64,000 nucleotides of DNA from Anaerolineales bacterium (lineage in GTDB: Bacteria > Chloroflexota > Anaerolineae > Anaerolineales > UBA11579): assembly GCA_019637675.1 (NCBI GenBank), contig JAHBVE010000002.1:608156-672155 (forward strand), in the 5' to 3' direction. The notes under the pieces were generated by a model that saw only the letters and a program-made list of their open reading frames with translations, was not told the origin of the DNA and did not search any database. Positions 32,242 to 42,337 of the stretch are shown one piece after another (the stretch's first letter is position 1; each line of letters starts with the position of its first letter). The translations under genes were made by a program, and so were the position numbers.

Positions 32242-33063
32242 CTAGCGGCGCCGCGCTACATACCAGGTATAGGTGCCTTCGGGGTCGGCGCCGTGATCCG
32301 CGTGCGCCGCGAATACGCGCTCGGTCAGGCCCAGGTTGGCCCGCGCCGGCCACAGTACCCAGCGGCCGAACAGCTTGCGGGCCACGTAGCTCGGCAGGCC
32401 AAAGTAGTGCCCCCACTCCAGCGCATGCAACGCGGCCGGCGGGAAGTAGTGCCACCACGCCTCCACATCAAAGCCGGCTTCATCCAGCCGCGCCGCCCAC
32501 TCCTCCGGCGAGAGCATATTCACATGCCGCGAGATGCGTGTGAACAGGCGCACATACCCATCCGCCAGACCTTTCAAGCCCAGCTTGCGGAGCCAGTTGG
32601 CGATCGAAAGATTGTGCGGCCAGCGATGGTTCGGCACGCAGAACAGGAACAAGCCGCCCTTGCGCACCAGGCGGCCGGTCTCGTTCAGCACGTCTTGCAA
32701 ATTGGGGATGTGCTCCAATACCGAGTTACTCAGCGCGCTGGCAAAGTGGCCGCCCGCCAGCGGGGCGCGGTGGCCCAGCGCCTGCACCAGCCCAGTATAC
32801 GCGCCCCACTGCTTGGCTTCCTGCAGCGAGACGAAGGCCGGATCCAGCCCCACATCCAGCTTGCGCTCAAACACCTGTCTGGCAAAATGGCCGTCACCGC
32901 AACCGAGGTCGTACACCGGCGCGGCCAACTCAAAGTCTTTGTAAAAATCCGCCTCAACCGCCCGCAATAACGCACGGAAGTACGGCAGCGCCTGCAGCTG
33001 CACCCACCAATGTGGGTTTGTGCCTTCGCGACGAATAGGAGATGTTTGCGGCGGAAGGCTCAT
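32242..33063 (-). CDS. class I SAM-dependent methyltransferase
   Basis: Motif I VYDLGCGDGHF and post-I/II blocks (SNSVLEHIP, GGLFLFCVPN). ATGA-type overlap with the upstream GT4 gene. Confidence 0.85.
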   Translation of the reverse strand: MSLPPQTSPIRREGTNPHWWVQLQALPYFRALLRAVEADFYKDFELAAPVYDLGCGDGHFARQVFERKLDVGLDPAFVSLQEAKQWGAYTGLVQALGHRAPLAGGHFASALSNSVLEHIPNLQDVLNETGRLVRKGGLFLFCVPNHRWPHNLSIANWLRKLGLKGLADGYVRLFTRISRHVNMLSPEEWAARLDEAGFDVEAWWHYFPPAALHALEWGHYFGLPSYVARKLFGRWVLWPARANLGLTERVFAAHADHGADPEGTYTWYVARRR

Positions 33064-34226
33064 TTGCCCACCTCACGCGCGATCTCTTCGAACAGGGCCT
33101 CGTGCCGCGCCGCACAAGTTTGCGGGCTGAACTCAGCGCGCAGCGCGTCCGCATCGCCGCGGTACGTGCCCGGGTTGGACAGCACCTCGATCATGTTGGC
33201 CGCCAGCGCGTCCGCATCCCCCACTGGTGAGACCAGGCCCATGCCGCTCATGCGCACCGGCTGGCGCACGCCGGGCAGCGCCGAGGCCACCACCGGTTTG
33301 CCGTTCATCATCGCTTCGATCTGCACAAAGCCAAACGTCTCAGTCGAGTTGGTGCTGGGCACTACCAGCAGGTCCAGCCCCTGATAGAACGAGGGCATGT
33401 CCTTCATCGGCAAGGTGCCGAGGAATTTCCACTGGCCGGCCTTCTCGTACTCGGCGATCAGCGGGAACAGGCGCTGGGCGTACTCTTCCTCACCCAGCAC
33501 GTCCTTGTACTGGCCGGCGAACCATACCTGCGCATCCGGGAACTTTTCCAAAACCTTGGGCAGCGCCTGCAGCAACACTTCCACGCCCTTCTCGGCCGCG
33601 AACCGCGTCGCCATGGCGATCACTGGCCGCCGGCCGGCGGGGTTATGGGCGGCCGCAAACGCGTCCGCCGCCCCCGCATCCGCCGGCGGCAGCTCCACCG
33701 CCGGAGAGATCACGCGCACCTTGTGCACAAAACGGCGCAGGTACGGCGAATGGCTGGCGAAGTCCTCTGTATATGAAGAGATGCGGTGCGTGAAGCGGGC
33801 CGCCATATCGTTCATGAAATTGATGACGAAGTTGACGAAGCGATTGAACAAGCCTGACGACAGGATCAGGTCCGAGTGATAAATGATGACGGTGGGCTTC
33901 TTCAGCAGCCAGCCGCGGATCGCCAACCCGGCTGCATCGAACTGCGGCAGGTGCAGCAGCAGCGCATCATGCTTGCGGGTCTCCTCCCAGGCCACCCGGC
34001 CCAGGCTGGGCATGATCACGCCCTTGCTGATGCGCAGCGCCACCGGCACCCGCCGGATGCGCACGCCATCCTGCACCTCTTCCAGCGGCAGCTCCTTCTC
34101 GAACTGCGAGGTCAGCACGGTCACCTCGTGCCCGCGCTGCACCAGCGCTTTGGCCAGCCGCTCGGCGTAGATGGTCAGCCCGCTGGTATGCGGGCGGTAA
34201 TAGGTCAATACCGTCAGGATACGCAC
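33060..34226 (-). CDS. glycosyltransferase family 4 (GT-B)
   Basis: MRILTVLTYYRPHTSGLTIYAERLAKAL at the N-terminus. The C-terminal block ETFGFVQIEAMMNGKPVVAS matches the EX7E region. GTG start. Confidence 0.9.
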   Translation of the reverse strand: MRILTVLTYYRPHTSGLTIYAERLAKALVQRGHEVTVLTSQFEKELPLEEVQDGVRIRRVPVALRISKGVIMPSLGRVAWEETRKHDALLLHLPQFDAAGLAIRGWLLKKPTVIIYHSDLILSSGLFNRFVNFVINFMNDMAARFTHRISSYTEDFASHSPYLRRFVHKVRVISPAVELPPADAGAADAFAAAHNPAGRRPVIAMATRFAAEKGVEVLLQALPKVLEKFPDAQVWFAGQYKDVLGEEEYAQRLFPLIAEYEKAGQWKFLGTLPMKDMPSFYQGLDLLVVPSTNSTETFGFVQIEAMMNGKPVVASALPGVRQPVRMSGMGLVSPVGDADALAANMIEVLSNPGTYRGDADALRAEFSPQTCAARHEALFEEIAREVGK

Positions 34227-34267
34227 GGCGTCAGTTTATCGCAGAACAGGTGAGAGCAAGAAGAATA

Positions 34268-34335
34268 ACCACAAAGACACAAAGGACACAAAGTTCTTCT
34301 TTAGAAATTCTTTGTGCTCTTTGTGTCTTTGTGGT
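34268..34335. repeat. 68-bp inverted repeat (CACAAAG-rich arms) in the GT4/epimerase intergenic gap
   Basis: ACCACAAAGACACAAAGGACACAAAG, a 16-nt loop, then CTTTGTGCTCTTTGTGTCTTTGTGGT; 24 of 26 positions are complementary. Single arms of the same motif occur at 39043-39070 and 45874-45902. Confidence 0.8.
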
Positions 34336-34351
34336 GAAAAAGAATAAGCGC

Positions 34352-35383
34352 CTAGTCAAACAACCCGCGGTGTGCTTGCACCCAGGCCACCAACTCCGCC
34401 GTGCCCTGCTCCACCCCCACCTTCGGCTTCCAGCCCAACGCCTTCTTCGCCTTGCGGATGTCGCTGATATACACTTTCTGGTCGCCCGGGCGGGTTGGCC
34501 CATAGCTCACCGGGATCTTGCGCCCCAGCAGTTGCTCCAGCAGCGGGCCGCATTCCTTCCATATGGACAGCGTGAAGTCCGGCCCGCCGCCGATATTGAA
34601 CGCCTCGCCCGCCACCTTCTTCTGCCTGGCGATCGCCGCGTCGTAGGCAGCGATCAGGTCGCTCACATGCAGCATGTCGCGCACCTGCTTGCCGTCGCCG
34701 TAGATGCTGATCGGCTTGCCCAGTACCGCCGCGATCACGAACCACGCCAGCCAGCCCTGGTCCTCCACGCCGAACTGGCGCGGGCCATAAATACAGCTCT
34801 GGCGGAACACCACCGAGGGGATGCCGTAGATGCGCGCATAATCGCGCACATACTGCTCGGCCGCTCCCTTGGAGCAGCCATACGGGGAGTGAAAGTCCAG
34901 CTGCTGCGTCTCGGGCAGGCCGTGCGGCAACTTGGCGTAGCGATAGCGCGTCTTTTGCGCCACCAGGCGATGCTCCAGCATCTCGCCGTAGACCTTATTG
35001 GTCGAGGAATAAATAATGAAGGGCTTATGGCCGGCCAAGCGGGCTGCTTCCAGCACGTTGAAGGTGCCCAGCGCATTAATCTCAAAATCCGTGCGCGGGT
35101 CGGTCACCGAAGACGTCACCGCCACCTGCCCCGCCAAATGCACGATCACGTCGGCATTCGCCACCGGCTCCAGCAGCGCGCCGGCCGTGCGCACATCGCC
35201 CACCACCAGCTCGAACGACTCGGCGCCGTGGCTCTCACGCAGCCAGGCCAGGTTGCGCTCGGCCCCCTTGCGCGAGAGATTATCGAAGATGACTACGCGC
35301 TCGCCGCGGCCCAGCAGGGCATTGGCGTAATTCGAGCCAATGAACCCCGCGCCGCCGGTCAATAGATACGTTTTCTTTGCCAT
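34352..35383 (-). CDS. NAD-dependent epimerase/dehydratase (extended SDR, CDP-paratose 2-epimerase-like)
   Basis: YLLTGGAGFIGSNYA, SSTNKVYG and SPYGCSKGAAEQY (YxxxK). Confidence 0.9.
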   Translation of the reverse strand: MAKKTYLLTGGAGFIGSNYANALLGRGERVVIFDNLSRKGAERNLAWLRESHGAESFELVVGDVRTAGALLEPVANADVIVHLAGQVAVTSSVTDPRTDFEINALGTFNVLEAARLAGHKPFIIYSSTNKVYGEMLEHRLVAQKTRYRYAKLPHGLPETQQLDFHSPYGCSKGAAEQYVRDYARIYGIPSVVFRQSCIYGPRQFGVEDQGWLAWFVIAAVLGKPISIYGDGKQVRDMLHVSDLIAAYDAAIARQKKVAGEAFNIGGGPDFTLSIWKECGPLLEQLLGRKIPVSYGPTRPGDQKVYISDIRKAKKALGWKPKVGVEQGTAELVAWVQAHRGLFD

Positions 35384-35385
35384 AG

Positions 35386-36390
35386 TTAAGCCTGCCGGTT
35401 GAGCAGCTTGCGGTAGATCCCACCCAGGGATTCGCCCTGCTGCCAGAAGCCAATAATGCCAAGGATTCCGGTAACTGCAAAGTAGGTCAGGTGACCCACC
35501 ACCGCAAACGCCAGCGCCACCGCCGGGTCAGCATTGAAAAAGCTCAGCGCCCCCACCAGCACGCCTTCGAACACGCCGATATACCCAGGCGAGGACGGCA
35601 GCGCCACGCCCAGCGAGGCCACGCCAACGCTAAAGAAGCCCCACAGCCACGCCGCCATCGGGAAGAAAGCCCGCATCAGCACAAAATACCAGGCCACGTT
35701 GAACAGCCAGGTCAGCACCATCCAGAACAAGACCCGCCCAAAGCGCCGGCCGTCCTGCAGCGCCGACAGCCCCAGCGTGAACGAGCTGGCTTTATCCACC
35801 AGCCACGCCCGCAGCTTGGGCCAGCGCCCGGTCAGTCGCTCCAGCAGTTTGGGAACCTGCTTGGGATTGTTGGCCATCCAGAACAGCAGCACAAAGCCGA
35901 TCGCGACCAACCCCAGCGATATATATGCCGCGGTGCGCGCCCACTCGGCCCCCACCACCAACGGCAGCGTGAACAGCAAGATGCCCGCCGCCAGCCCCAG
36001 GTCGAACACGCGCTCCACCACCACGGTGGAGAGCGCCTCCCAGAAGCCCATCTTGGCCCGGTTGCTGATCAGCAGCGCCCGCCCCAACTCGCCCAGACGA
36101 AAAGGCAGCACATTGTTAAGCAAATAGGCCTGGTTCAGTACCAGAAAGCTGTCTTTGAACGAAGCCCGCTCTTGCAGAATAGTGCGCCACGCGATCGTGC
36201 GCGTGGTGAGCGTGCCCAGAAAGAACACCAACACCAGCGGGAACCAGCTGAAGTCCGCGATCCGCAGGGCCGGCCCCAGCTGCTCCATATCAATGAAGTA
36301 GAACAGGCCCACCACGGCCGCCACGGTCACCAGCAGGCCGGGTAGCAAACGCAGCAAAGTGTTCGAGCCGGCGGGCTTAGTTTTTGTCAT
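35386..36390 (-). CDS. flippase-like / lysylphosphatidylglycerol-synthase transmembrane-region family protein (UPF0104)
   Basis: 334 aa with about 8 TM segments. The block [23 protein letters not shown] is typical of this family. The start overlaps the lepA 3' end by 14 nt. Confidence 0.8.
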   Translation of the reverse strand: MTKTKPAGSNTLLRLLPGLLVTVAAVVGLFYFIDMEQLGPALRIADFSWFPLVLVFFLGTLTTRTIAWRTILQERASFKDSFLVLNQAYLLNNVLPFRLGELGRALLISNRAKMGFWEALSTVVVERVFDLGLAAGILLFTLPLVVGAEWARTAAYISLGLVAIGFVLLFWMANNPKQVPKLLERLTGRWPKLRAWLVDKASSFTLGLSALQDGRRFGRVLFWMVLTWLFNVAWYFVLMRAFFPMAAWLWGFFSVGVASLGVALPSSPGYIGVFEGVLVGALSFFNADPAVALAFAVVGHLTYFAVTGILGIIGFWQQGESLGGIYRKLLNRQA

Positions 36391-38179
36391 CGCTCAGGCG
36401 CAGCACGGCCAGGAAAGCCTCTTGGGGGATCTCAACGCTGCCCACCATCTTCATGCGCTTCTTGCCCTTCTTTTGCTTTTCCAGCAGCTTGCGCTTGCGC
36501 GTAATATCGCCGCCATAGCACTTGGCCAGCACATCCTTGCGCATCGCCTGCACGTTGGCGCGTGAGATCACCCGCCCCTGCGAGACCGCCTGGATCGGCA
36601 CCACGAACATCTGGCGCGGGATCAGATCCTTCAACTTGGTGATCACCGCCTGGCCCTTATGAAAGGCCGAGTCCTTGTGCACGATCGTGGTGAACGCGTC
36701 CACCGGCTCATAGTTCACATGGATCTCGAGCTTGACCAGTTTGTCAGCCCGGTATTCCTTGAATTGGTAATCCAGCGAGGCGTAGCCGCGGGTCACAGAC
36801 TTGAGCTGGTCAAAGAAGTCGATAATGATCTCGGCCAGCGGAATTTCAAAGTTGAGCTGCACGCGGTCTTTGCCCTGGTGGTCCTGCCCGGTAAAGATGC
36901 CGCGGCGGCGCTTCACCATCTCCATCACCGGGCCGTAGTACGCGGTGGGCGTAAAGATCTGGATGTCCATCCACGGCTCGCGCACTTCGGCGATCTCGCC
37001 CTCGTTGGGCAGCTCGGCCGGCGAGTCGATGCGCAGGGTCTCGCCTGACTGCAGCACCACCTCGTACGCCACCGAGGGCGCCGTGACGATGATGTCGAGG
37101 TCGTACTCGCGCTCCAGGCGCTCCTGCACGATCTCCATGTGGAACATACCCAGGAAGCCGCAGCGGAAGCCGAAGTTCAGCGCCTGCGAGGTCTCCGGCT
37201 CGTACACCAATGACGCGTCGTTGAGCTGCAACTTCTCGAGCGCTTCTTTGAGTTCCTGGTAGTCGTCGCCCTCCACCGGGTAGATGCCAGCGAACACCAT
37301 CGACTTCACCTGGCGGTAGCCCGGCAGCGCTTCGGCGGCCGGCTCCGCCTTACTGGTCAGCGTGTCGCCGACGCGGCACTCCGAAACCGACTTGAAGCCG
37401 GTCGCCACGTAGCCCACCTCGCCGGTGTTCAGGCTGGCGCCAGCCGTCAGCCGCGGCGTGAAGCTGCCCACCTCGATCGGCTTGAATTCAGCCCCCGTAG
37501 CCATCAGGCGCAGGGTTTCGTCGCCCGCCACTTTGCCGTCCACAATGCGCACATACGCCACCACGCCTTTGTAGGTGTCGTAGTGCGAGTCAAAGATGAG
37601 GGCGCGCAGCGGCGCATCCGGGTTGCCTTTCGGCGGCGGCACGCGTTGCACCACCGCTTCCAGCACGGCTTCCACGTTCAAGCCAGACTTGGCCGAGATC
37701 TGCAGCACTTCCTCGGCGGGCACGCCCAGCAGCTCCACGATCTCTGCCGTCACTCGCTCGGCGTCAGCCGCCGGCATATCGATCTTATTAATGACCGGGA
37801 TGATCTCGAGGTCAGAGCCCAGCGCCAGATACAGGTTGGCCAGGGTCTGCGCCTGCACGCCCTGGCTGGCATCCACGATCAGCACAGCGCCTTCGCACGC
37901 TTCCAGCGCCCGGCTGACCTCGTAGCCGAAGTCCACGTGGCCCGGCGTATCGATCAGGTGCAGCTCGTACTCCTGGCCGTCCTTGGCCTTGTATTGCATG
38001 CGCACGGCCGAGGCCTTGATCGTGACGCCCTTTTCGCGCTCCAGGTCCATGCTGTCGAGCACCTGGGCCTGCATGTCGCGCGCCGAAACCGTGCCGGTCA
38101 GCTGCAGCAGCCGGTCTGCGAGGGTGGACTTGCCATGGTCAATATGGGCAATGATGCAAAAATTGCGGATATGTTGCAT
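36377..38179 (-). CDS. lepA: translation elongation factor 4
   Basis: [33 protein letters not shown] and NKID are present. The conserved LepA C-terminal domain ends in GKKRMK. ATG at 38179 is preferred to the TTG at 38188. Confidence 0.97.
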   Translation of the reverse strand: MQHIRNFCIIAHIDHGKSTLADRLLQLTGTVSARDMQAQVLDSMDLEREKGVTIKASAVRMQYKAKDGQEYELHLIDTPGHVDFGYEVSRALEACEGAVLIVDASQGVQAQTLANLYLALGSDLEIIPVINKIDMPAADAERVTAEIVELLGVPAEEVLQISAKSGLNVEAVLEAVVQRVPPPKGNPDAPLRALIFDSHYDTYKGVVAYVRIVDGKVAGDETLRLMATGAEFKPIEVGSFTPRLTAGASLNTGEVGYVATGFKSVSECRVGDTLTSKAEPAAEALPGYRQVKSMVFAGIYPVEGDDYQELKEALEKLQLNDASLVYEPETSQALNFGFRCGFLGMFHMEIVQERLEREYDLDIIVTAPSVAYEVVLQSGETLRIDSPAELPNEGEIAEVREPWMDIQIFTPTAYYGPVMEMVKRRRGIFTGQDHQGKDRVQLNFEIPLAEIIIDFFDQLKSVTRGYASLDYQFKEYRADKLVKLEIHVNYEPVDAFTTIVHKDSAFHKGQAVITKLKDLIPRQMFVVPIQAVSQGRVISRANVQAMRKDVLAKCYGGDITRKRKLLEKQKKGKKRMKMVGSVEIPQEAFLAVLRLSDDKN

Positions 38180-38243
38180 AGAGCGCAAAGTATAACTGAG
38201 CGAAGGTTACGTGCGACGACAGGAGTGTTAGCGTAAGCGAAGG

Positions 38244-38939
38244 CTAGCGCGCAAGCCGCGCCAGCGTCTTCTCGCTGGTGATCTCGCGCAGCACGTCCGC
38301 CGCCACCCAGCGCGCCGCCTTGGAGCCACTTTGCTCGGCCGCGGCGGCGATCCGCCGGGCGGACGCGGCCGCCTGCTTATTCAAAAATTTGCTGCGTTTG
38401 CCCAGCTGGCGCAGCGCCCAGCTGCTGGCCTTCTTCACAAAGTTACGCTCGTCGTCCGCCACCGCTTCGATGGCCGCGAAGAAGCCCACGAAGGTTTCCT
38501 CGGGCTCCTGTTTGCGGTGCACGGCCAGCCAGGCCATCATCGCCAGCCCGGCCCGGCGCACGAACTCGCGCTTCGAGCGCGTCCACGCATACGCCTTGTC
38601 GAAGGCATACGGCGTCGGCTCGAACAGATGGCCGGTCACCGTATCGCAGATATCCCACGAATGAAAATCACGCACCCAGGCATCCATCTGCTTCCGGGTG
38701 ACCTGCTTGGGGTCATCCACGAAGGCCGCCAGCAGCCGCGCCTCGTGATAGCCGCTCTCCCACAGCTCCAGCGCCAGCGCATGGTCCTTGCGGTGCTGCC
38801 TGGCGATGGCGTGCAGCGCCGGGTGCGGCACGCCGAACGCCTTCTCAGTGGCGATGCCAAAGCGCGCCATCCCCGCCAGGTTCTTGTCTGTCCCCAAAGA
38901 CTTGAGTTGCTTGATGATGGCTTTAGATGTAGCGCTCAT
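38244..38939 (-). CDS. DNA alkylation repair protein (AlkD/AlkC-like HEAT-repeat glycosylase family)
   Basis: The segment LKSLGTDKNLAGMARFGI...HPALHAIARQH...LELWESGYHEARLLAAF...FHSWDICD matches the family pattern. ATG at 38939 is preferred, because the 19 upstream codons are a translation of the repeat element. Confidence 0.8.
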   Translation of the reverse strand: MSATSKAIIKQLKSLGTDKNLAGMARFGIATEKAFGVPHPALHAIARQHRKDHALALELWESGYHEARLLAAFVDDPKQVTRKQMDAWVRDFHSWDICDTVTGHLFEPTPYAFDKAYAWTRSKREFVRRAGLAMMAWLAVHRKQEPEETFVGFFAAIEAVADDERNFVKKASSWALRQLGKRSKFLNKQAAASARRIAAAAEQSGSKAARWVAADVLREITSEKTLARLAR

Positions 38940-38946
38940 TGGTTTT

Positions 38947-39106
38947 ATCCACAGATGAACACAGATGGACGCAGATTTGTCTTTATCCGTGTTCATCCGT
39001 GTTCATCTGTGGACTATCTTTATTAAACAGTCGTTGAATCTATTCTTTGTGCCCTTTGTGCCTTTGTGGTTAGCCTTTATCCGCGTTCATCTGCGCCCAT
39101 CTGCGG
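38947..39106. repeat. composite intergenic repeat block (ATCYGYGYYC decamer arrays plus a TTCTTTGTGCCCTTTGTG module)
   Basis: 38947-38976 is an inverted copy of the decamer array, and 38983-39014 holds direct copies (ATCCGTGTTC ATCCGTGTTC ATCTGTGGAC). The pair CCACAGATGAACAC / GTGTTCATCTGTGG can form a hairpin. 39043-39106 is about 88% identical by eye to 45874-45940. Confidence 0.75.
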
Positions 39107-39113
39107 CAAAGCC

Positions 39114-40703
39114 TTACACTCCCGCCAGCACCGCCGGCCGCTCGGCTCGCCAGGCCTCGCCTTCGGTCGCGGCCTCGAAGGCCCGCGCCGCACGCAGCAG
39201 CGTCGCCTCGGAGAAGTCTGGCCCGATCAGCTGCACGCCGATCGGCAGGCGTGCGCTGTCCAGCCCAGCCGGCAACGAGATGGCCGGCACGCCGGCGTGG
39301 TTGGCCGGCACGGTCAGCTGGTCGGCGTACTGCATCAGCACCGAATCGCCGTACACGTCGCCCACCGGGAAGGCCGGCGTCGGCGTGGTCGCCGTCAGGA
39401 GGGCGTCCAGCTTGTGCGCCCCGTTGCCGTCGAATGCGGCGTCAAAGTCACCACGGATCAGCGAGCGCACTTGCAGGGCGCGGCGGTAATACTGCTCGCT
39501 GTACTGGGCCGCGCTCACATACATGCCCATCAAAATGCGCAGCTTGGGCTGCGGGCCGAATCCCTCCGCCCGCGTCTTGCGGTACAGGTCACGCAGATCC
39601 TTCGGCTTGAGCGCCGTGCGGTGGCCGTACTTGACGCCATCGAAGCGATGCAAATTGGAGGCGGCTTCGACGCGCGAGATCACAAAATAGGCCGGGATGC
39701 CGTAGCGCGTGTGCGCCATTGGCACGCCTTCCACGATCCGCGCCCCGGCATCCGAGAGCTTGTCGGCCGCCCGCAGCACCGCATCGGCGATCTCTTTGGG
39801 CAGCGGCTGGCTTTCCATCTCACCCGTCTCATGGTTGAAGAACGTGATCTTGTCGTAGTCTGGCGAGAGGCCGATGCGCATGCCCTTGACGCCCTCTTCC
39901 AGCCCGGCGGTGTAATCCGGCACCGGTGTGGCCGCCGCGGTGCTGTCGTGCGCATCTGGCCCGGCGATGACGTTCAGCATCATCGCCGCATCCCGCACCG
40001 TGCGCGCCACCGGGCCGGGGCAATCCAGCGACGAGCCGAACGCGATCAGCCCATAGCGCGAAACGCGCCCATAGGTCGGCTTCATCCCCACCACGCCGCA
40101 GAATGCGGCGGGCTGGCGGATGGAGCCGGCCGTATCCGTGCCCAGCGAGAGCGCGCCCTCGCCGGCGGCTACCGCGGCGGCGCTGCCGCCGCTGCTGCCG
40201 CCCGGCACGCGGGTCGGGTCCCACGGGTTGCGCGGGGCCGGCTGGTACGCCGACGACTCGTTCGACGAGCCGTAGGTGAATTCATCCAGATTGACCTTGC
40301 CCAGCATCACCGCACCGGCCGCGTTCATGCGCGCTACCGGCGTGGCAGTGTACGGGGCAACAAAGTTCGAGAGAATGCGAGAGGCGGCCGTGCTGAGCAC
40401 ATCCTTGACCGCGAAAATATCCTTGACGGTGTACGGCACGCCCGCCAGCGGCCCGGGCACTTCGCCCTTGGCCAGGCGCGCATCTACAGCTTGGGCCTGG
40501 GCACGCGCCTGCTCCTCGCTCACGGTGATGAAGGCATGCACCTTCTCGACTTCATCCCGCGGCCCGTCCAGGCGGCCGGGCTCACCATCCACGGCGCGGA
40601 TGCGCTCCAACGCCGCTTCGGTCGCCTCGACGGCAGACACTTCCTTCTTGCGGATCAGCTCGGCGAGCTGGTGGGCAGACAGGTCAGCCAGATGCGCGCT
40701 CAA
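39114..40703 (-). CDS. gatA: Asp-tRNA(Asn)/Glu-tRNA(Gln) amidotransferase subunit A
   Basis: Amidase signature GGSSGGSAAAVAAG, plus KDIF and GxSxR blocks. 4-nt overlap with gatC. Confidence 0.95.
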   Translation of the reverse strand: MSAHLADLSAHQLAELIRKKEVSAVEATEAALERIRAVDGEPGRLDGPRDEVEKVHAFITVSEEQARAQAQAVDARLAKGEVPGPLAGVPYTVKDIFAVKDVLSTAASRILSNFVAPYTATPVARMNAAGAVMLGKVNLDEFTYGSSNESSAYQPAPRNPWDPTRVPGGSSGGSAAAVAAGEGALSLGTDTAGSIRQPAAFCGVVGMKPTYGRVSRYGLIAFGSSLDCPGPVARTVRDAAMMLNVIAGPDAHDSTAAATPVPDYTAGLEEGVKGMRIGLSPDYDKITFFNHETGEMESQPLPKEIADAVLRAADKLSDAGARIVEGVPMAHTRYGIPAYFVISRVEAASNLHRFDGVKYGHRTALKPKDLRDLYRKTRAEGFGPQPKLRILMGMYVSAAQYSEQYYRRALQVRSLIRGDFDAAFDGNGAHKLDALLTATTPTPAFPVGDVYGDSVLMQYADQLTVPANHAGVPAISLPAGLDSARLPIGVQLIGPDFSEATLLRAARAFEAATEGEAWRAERPAVLAGV

Positions 40704-41020
40704 TCCAACTCCTCGTGCGGAATACCGGGCACCACAAAGTAGCCCTCACTGGTCTGCGGCGCGCCGGCTTTGATGCCAGCCGCCTCCGGCGCCTGCGCCG
40801 CCTGGTCCTTGCGCAGCGGGGCACGCACATCCGGCGGGAAGGGCACGCCGTGCGCAGCCGGCGGCGTACCCTCAGGGATGGGAATAGCCGCCAGTTCCTC
40901 AATGGATTTCAATTGCTTGTTGAGCTGGTCACGCAGATACTCGGCTTCTTCCGCCGTCAACTCCAGCGCGGCCAGTTCTACGAGATGGTTGAATAGTTCA
41001 GGGGAAATCTGATCGGGCAT
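40700..41020 (-). CDS. gatC: Asp-tRNA(Asn)/Glu-tRNA(Gln) amidotransferase subunit C
   Basis: MPDQISPELFNHLVELAALELTAEEAEYLRDQLNKQLKSIEEL matches the GatC pattern. ATG at 41020 is preceded by GGAG. The longer track ORF has an implausible N-terminus. Confidence 0.85.
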   Translation of the reverse strand: MPDQISPELFNHLVELAALELTAEEAEYLRDQLNKQLKSIEELAAIPIPEGTPPAAHGVPFPPDVRAPLRKDQAAQAPEAAGIKAGAPQTSEGYFVVPGIPHEELD

Positions 41021-41038
41021 TTTGCACGCTCCGCGGGC

Positions 41039-41079
41039 AGTATACCATCCGAGGTCCGGCCAGCCCGCGATGCTATAAT
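41039..41079. promoter_or_regulatory. divergent extended -10 promoter pair (gatCA leftward, acyl-CoA dehydrogenase rightward)
   Basis: Minus strand: TGGTATACT (41047-41039). Plus strand: TGCTATAAT (41071-41079). No good -35 box is visible for either. Confidence 0.4.
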
Positions 41080-41166
41080 CATCAGGCAGCGCTAAATAAT
41101 GCATCACGAATGTGATCATGCCGCGCTGCCACCACTCCACCTTCCACATCTACGGAGGCTTCCCGC

Positions 41167-42333
<1,167 letters not shown>

Positions 42334-42337
42334 TGCA

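Noticed and set aside
34261-34347. The octamer AAGAATAA on both sides of the 34268-34335 inverted repeat, considered as a target-site duplication proving MITE insertion.
   Set aside because: The right-hand copy is separated from the repeat arm by 4 nt (GAAA) and the octamer is AT-rich, so a chance match cannot be excluded. It is mentioned in the finding but not claimed.
39114-41020. gatC-gatA without gatB, considered as a possible sign of an incomplete or unusual amidotransferase.
   Set aside because: Separation of gatB from gatCA is common in bacteria. Nothing in the sequence suggests loss of function.
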